A stretch of 64,000 nt of DNA, taken from contig CM035351.1 of NCBI GenBank assembly GCA_020137815.1, positions 4,712,001-4,776,000 of the forward strand, read 5' to 3'. Position 1 is the first letter of the stretch. The number at the start of each line of letters is the position of its first letter. A program made the position numbers and the translations under genes. The notes under the pieces are model-generated. The model was not told the DNA's origin, ran no database searches, and saw nothing but the letters and a program-made list of their open reading frames with translations. Below are positions 58,882 through 64,000 of the stretch, piece by piece. The DNA is from Hormiphora californensis (lineage: Eukaryota; Animalia; Ctenophora).

Positions 58882-61535
58882 TCAAGTCTGTTGCTCAGAA
58901 GGAGAGGTGGGTGAAGTTGCGAGGGATTCGGGTGAGGGGTCTTCGTATATCGTAGGACACCTCTCCCAATCTTGGCTGTCCTTGCACCTCCAGTATTCAT
59001 CCGTAAACCGCCATATCTCCTCTCCGGTCACTTCGCATGTTCGCTTTTCAAACCACTTTGGTACGTATTTCGCTGAAGGGAAGGTGTTAGTTAGTGTTAC
59101 TGGGATGAACTTTAGGTGTTATACTTGGTGTTACTCAACAAGGTGCCAGTGGTAGTGAAGGTGTTACTTGGGGTCCGGGTAGGTGATATTATTATTATTA
59201 ATAAAATGATAGATTTTGTTGAGTAGATCAAATTGAAACCATGATGCTGTACTATAGCACACATGGCCATCACCACCTCCACTACTGTTACCCAGGAACC
59301 GACCGAAACAAGTAAACAACCAATCAGAACTCGTCATTTAGGTCACGTGACTGGTTATCTGCCAATCAGGGACCAGTATTTCCTGATTCGGTCGGTTCCT
59401 GCTGTTACCTGATGGACCCTCCGCGGCAATGCGGGCTTCCCTTGCCCGTCTTCTAGTCCTCTGTCCCTCCTCTAGTTTCACTTTCATTAAGTTAGCATCC
59501 GGGTAATTCTGGTTCTCCATTAGCCTCTGTAGAAGGAGAGAGGGGTTTTAGCAACCATGGTAACAGCATCTTTGTTACCCCTAGCAACCACAAGACACTC
59601 TAAACACTATACCTGATCAGGCCTGTTCCGGGAGTCACTGGGAGCAACTCCCTCCTCTGGCTCATTGAGATGGCACGCCAGGCTGGTAAAATGATAAATC
59701 TTCTCACTTTCCGGCAGGGTGGGATTCTTTAACCAGATCTGCCTGAAATCCTTTCCTTTCAGATCGTTAGGATCACTGGTAGTTGACATCCCAAACGACA
59801 TGCTGTTATCCCACGTCCCATCCAGGATGAACCGGGGCTTGCCACTAGGATCAAAAACCCCACCGGTAACCCGCCGGGGCGTGTCCCGGGAGAAGTAGGA
59901 GTAGGGATGGAATTTAACCCGGGAGTTGGCCCCCGTGCTGTGTTCCTTTACCACTATGTCCCCACTTTGGTCAACCCAGAGCTTCCCAACAATAATATTG
60001 TGCACTGTTGTACACACCTGAGAGGGAGGGAAGGGAGTAATTATGGGTGTGTGTGTACTTAGAGAGTGTAGTTTGAAAATGAGGCACGGAAATCTCCCTC
60101 AAATCTCAATAGTGTGTACTAGTAGGCCCGTTCGCCCTACGGGCGAATTTCGGGGAAATGGTAGCTAGATTATCCATTAGGGAACGCTGACATCACCTGC
60201 ACCATCCGTTCCTAGCCTATCTCTCATTTTCTTCCTACTCATGTTGTTGTACGCTCTGGGCTTCCTGACAGTGACAATTTCAAGGTCCGAATTTAAGAGA
60301 TCAATGTCATGGAGGTGCAGTGCTGTTCCAGAAACTCATCACGTGAAAACTTGGCCGCTATGTAGCCGATTAGGAGACTTCTATATTCGACTGGAGAAAT
60401 CACCCTTGGGCCGCCCAAGGGTGATTACTCTAGTTGGGCGACGTTGGGTAAAGCTATCCGTAGTCGTTGATTGGCTCGCTTGAACACGTTGGCGTAATCT
60501 GTCATATTCTCTAGCCTGCTCTCTGACAGCAGCAGATCTTCTGGGTCCATATAACCGTTGCCGAATAGCGCTTGGGGTGGAAGAGCTAGACATCAGGATT
60601 CAGGACAGAAGTAAAAGAATGCACGTGCAGAATTGAATTCCCCCTTGGTACCCAACTGCAACCGGGAGAGAGATCTCCAGGTCCCTCTTATAATTGCACG
60701 TGCAAGTGTTGTTGCTAGGTGACATGTGTCACACAATTTGCTTAGTAAGTAGTATGATTACATAAACATATCTCTGTGACACAGGGATATGTATTACACA
60801 CAGAGTCCCCCCCCCCCGCCTGAAAATACGCCCACCGTTCTAAATTGTCTAAAGTTTGTACCCGACCCTTCTTCAATTCTCTCAAAGATAAAAAATAAGA
60901 TTCGAGTGCTTTACAATTTCCTCACCTTATTCCAGGTAAAATGATGTCCAGTTTTCTTGTTGATAAAGTGGGAGGTTCCAATGGGGAACACCTGGAGGTA
61001 CTTGCCCCGGAATTTAGAGGTCATGGAGAAGTCTTGGTAGTAGGTCCATTTCTCGTGTTCCACATGGAGGGCTGACACGGGCGGGTGATGGGATACCTGG
61101 AAGGGAGGGGCTGTTATAGGGGAGGTGGTACAATGTGAGAGAGGGCAGGTGGATAAAACTGTATGTAGAGATAGTGAGACAATACATGGTAACCATGGCA
61201 ATATGGTCACCATGGCAATATGGTCACCATGGCGAATGAGTGTTAAATAACAAGAAAAGATAGGATGGATAAGTTTCGCTTTATCAAACCTGTTCTGCAA
61301 TACTCTTCCACCCGAAATCATCTGTTCTGTCGCACTCGAATGTTTCCCCTAGTAGCGGGTTGAATGGTTTACTGGTCCGGCAGCTGGTGGTAGCATAGCT
61401 AGAGACCGCCACTGCGGATATGTAGCACAATGCCTCCTCAATAGAGCCAGCATCTGCTGCACTGGTTAGAAGGTGAGCATATTCCATGTCTTCTGTTAGT
61501 CGCTGTAGGAACGATAAGGGCTCGTTGAAATTCAC
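58882..61535 (-). CDS. OSBP: Oxysterol-binding protein (OSBP/ORP4-like), 3' exons approx. 61535-61293, 61096-60927, 60017-59613, 59527-59409, 59072-58882; 5' part not in window
   Basis: NFNEPLSFLQRL, KPFNPLLGETFE, EQVSHHPP signature, TTVHNIIVGKLW, DSRNRPDQR, KLEEGQR, PKWF. Confidence 0.93.
59293..59401 (+). mobile_element. MITE family A, full copy beside an OSBP splice donor
   Basis: Both TIRs present; 8-bp duplication CTGTTACC. Confidence 0.9.
60119..60900 (-). mobile_element. Putative non-autonomous Helitron in an OSBP intron
   Basis: Minus-strand 3' end TTCGCCC-GTA-GGGCGAA hairpin, 8 nt, then CTAG|T; candidate A|TC 5' end at 60900 or 60888; internal Arg-rich ORF fragment. Confidence 0.55.
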
Positions 61536-61554
61536 CTGGAGGGATAGAGGAGGG

Positions 61555-61653
<99 letters not shown>

Positions 61654-61706
61654 AGATACGAGAGCGCAGCGATAGCACGGATCTATCTCTCTATCCTTCT
61701 CTCTCC

Positions 61707-61759
<53 letters not shown>

Positions 61760-61883
61760 GTCTCTCTCTCTCTCTCCCTCTCTCTCTCTCTCTCCTCTCT
61801 CTCCTCTCTCGCTGTCTCTATCGCTCTCTCGCTATCCTCTCGTTCTTTCCATCTTTCTCGATGTTTACATAACGTAGGCATAG

Positions 61884-62699
61884 GGTAGGAGGGGGTAATT
61901 CGGGTCACCTTTTTGATTAAAGTGGTATTCCCTTGGTTGTGGCAGAATGTCTGCACATAAAATCTATTCAATTTATCCAATGTGACACTTGTTAAGATAT
62001 TTGGACTGTTGAAGTTTTCAAATCCAACCTTTTTCACACATAATAAAGCCCACGAAATCGTTAGTTTGCGTATTGTTGGTAATTCGGGTCAGTGGCTAAA
62101 TCGGGCCACGCGCGTATTCAGCCAATCACAGCCCTCGCAAACAAACACGTGACCAAATGACCCGAATTACCAACACAGCGTGTTGCCGCTGAAATCATGT
62201 GGTTAATTCGGGTCACGTGTTTGTAATTCGGGCCAGCTGTTGGTTGGCTGATGGTTGGCTGTTGGTTGGCTGTCAGAGCGTGTGTATCTAATCATTCCTT
62301 ATATGGGAGGCACGTGCTACCCATATACGACTTGAGAGGGGCTGTTACTAAGACAACACTGCATATTTGCAGTGCTGTGTGTACATTTGCTTTGTAGATT
62401 TCGTTGTTCTAGAACTGCTGCTCTAGAGGCCCCTAGAGGCCCCTAAAGGACCCTAGAGGCCCCTAAAAGCCCCTAGAGGACCCTAGAGGCCCCTAAAAGC
62501 CCCTAGAAGCCCCTAGAGGCCCCCTAGAGGCCCCTAGAGGCCCCAAATCGAGAAGAAAACATAAAATATGGGGCCAGAAATCACTCAAACTTGCTGATTT
62601 ATCGCAAAAATAAGGTGACCCGACATAGCCGCTTTGCCTGTGACCCGAATTACAAACATGACCCGAATTACCAACTGACCCGAATTATCCCCTCCTACC
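61884..62699. mobile_element. 816-bp non-autonomous TIR transposon (PIF/Harbinger-like)
   Basis: TIR GGTAGGAGGGGRTAATTCGGGTCA; 3-bp duplication TAG; multiple internal TAATTCGGGTCA motifs; 10-bp CCCTAGAGGC array. Confidence 0.8.
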
Positions 62700-63336
62700 T
62701 AGTGATAAAAGCGAAGGAAGTGAAAACAAAAAGGAGAGTTCGAGGAGAATTTGAAAAGTTTCATGATTCCCTTTACTTGCAAGTTTCCCTTAGCCTTATT
62801 TCCCTGCCCGGGTGAATGCCGAAGGCATTCACCCGGATGCCTTTTTACTTTGTAAAAAGGCATAGCAGGGTTAGAATTCGAAAACGACATTTTGGTATAC
62901 TAACTAATCGGTAGAGGGACCATTTTGGTCACACTTGTGGCGCGCACGATCTGACACTTGCGGAGTAAAATGCGCGCGCGCAAACAATTGAAATTTTATG
63001 AGGGGCGTGCGGCTATAAACTGTAACACGCGGCAAAATTTGTTTTATATCGGCTGCGCGTTTTCATTGGGGAAAAATTTTCAATTTCTCCATTTTCCGAA
63101 AAATTGAAAAATCTGCGTTTTGTTCAAAAATTCGAAAAACACAAATCCCCATTTTGCGGACAGCTTACTCGTTGGGCGAGTTGAATGGCAAATCGAAGAG
63201 GGCAGGGAAACGTAGCATTATGGATACATAATGCAAATAATTCTTGTTTTATATTCAAGCAATTGATGCACTTTTTGGGTCTATAATTGTTTATCTTTTT
63301 GCTCGTTTTCCAAATCATTTTTCCTTTAGGCACACC

Positions 63337-64000
63337 ATGGCTGCTACTACAAAATTCAAATTGGACATACTTCCATCATGGATCGAAAGTGACAATTATG
63401 CTTCCCATATCTTTCAAGGGTTCTGTTGGACTATTTATTATTATAAAGAAGACAAAGATATTCTTGCAATGATTGCATGTGCTCCGGTTGAGTCCACAAA
63501 GGAATGGAACTGCATAGCATCTTTTACCCTGACTAACATTACCACTGGAACTAATAAAACATTTGAAAGTAAGATTCCACTTGAACGTGAAGATTATTTC
63601 CTTTGGGGTCCTTGGAAGTTTGCAGAGCTAACCCGAGTCGATTTATCGACTCGGGTCGGGACACCTTATAAGGTGACGCTTGAAGCTACAATCACGGTAA
63701 AGGAAAGCTACATTGGACCACCCATAGTAACTAAAGCTAGATCTAACCACGTGATTTTTCATCGTATGGCGAAAGATTTTTTCGAGGAATCAAGGGTGCA
63801 GAGCACTGCTCATCAAGAGATTAACTCGATTTGGACCACAGACAGTGAAAAAACTGACAATTGCCTAACGTTCGCAATAACAAAACACAATTTAGATGGC
63901 AAACTAGAGTCAAATTTTCCAAGTGGAGCGGTTATAATCACCATACGAGGACCAAATTCAGTTGAAACAAAAACAGGAAACGTGGGGCAAAATATTGTGT
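63337..64000 (+). CDS. MATH/TRAF-like beta-sandwich protein, open to the window end
   Basis: Manual translation is stop-free for 221 codons: MAATTKFKLDI...IFQGFCWTIYYYKE...AMIAC...EWNCIASFTLTN...VTLEATITV; ATG is in ACCATGG context, 7 nt after TTTTTCCTTTAG. Confidence 0.7.
   Translation, partial: MAATTKFKLDILPSWIESDNYASHIFQGFCWTIYYYKEDKDILAMIACAPVESTKEWNCIASFTLTNITTGTNKTFESKIPLEREDYFLWGPWKFAELTRVDLSTRVGTPYKVTLEATITVKESYIGPPIVTKARSNHVIFHRMAKDFFEESRVQSTAHQEINSIWTTDSEKTDNCLTFAITKHNLDGKLESNFPSGAVIITIRGPNSVETKTGNVGQNIV

Overview
Eukaryotic (animal) genomic DNA with short GT-AG introns, abundant (GA)n/(CT)n microsatellites and many small transposons. The gene style (Ig-bearing transmembrane semaphorin, dense nested genes, splice acceptors just before ATGs) suggests a ctenophore-like draft assembly; this is inference. 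Genes read by hand: isovaleryl-CoA dehydrogenase (-) with an orphan ORF 76 nt upstream; a Sema-PSI-Ig-Ig-TM semaphorin (+; 5' part lost in a 100-N gap and low-quality sequence at about 8.7-17.2 kb); a 19.6-kb NUP205 gene (-); a TSSK-like kinase head-to-head with NUP205; MANSC1-like, POLE2 and RRP1 (+); and the 3' part of an OSBP gene (-). NUP205 introns contain two antisense protein genes (an orphan secreted protein, and a long disordered protein ending in a thioredoxin domain with WCGPW instead of WCGPC), three identical tRNA-Ala(AGC) genes, a 1.3-kb TTAA-flanked foldback transposon, and a minimal hammerhead ribozyme motif into whose stem I that transposon inserted. An OSBP intron probably hosts a MATH-like gene missed by the ORF track, and another holds a Helitron-like element. 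All gene models and motif calls are manual and unverified by database search.
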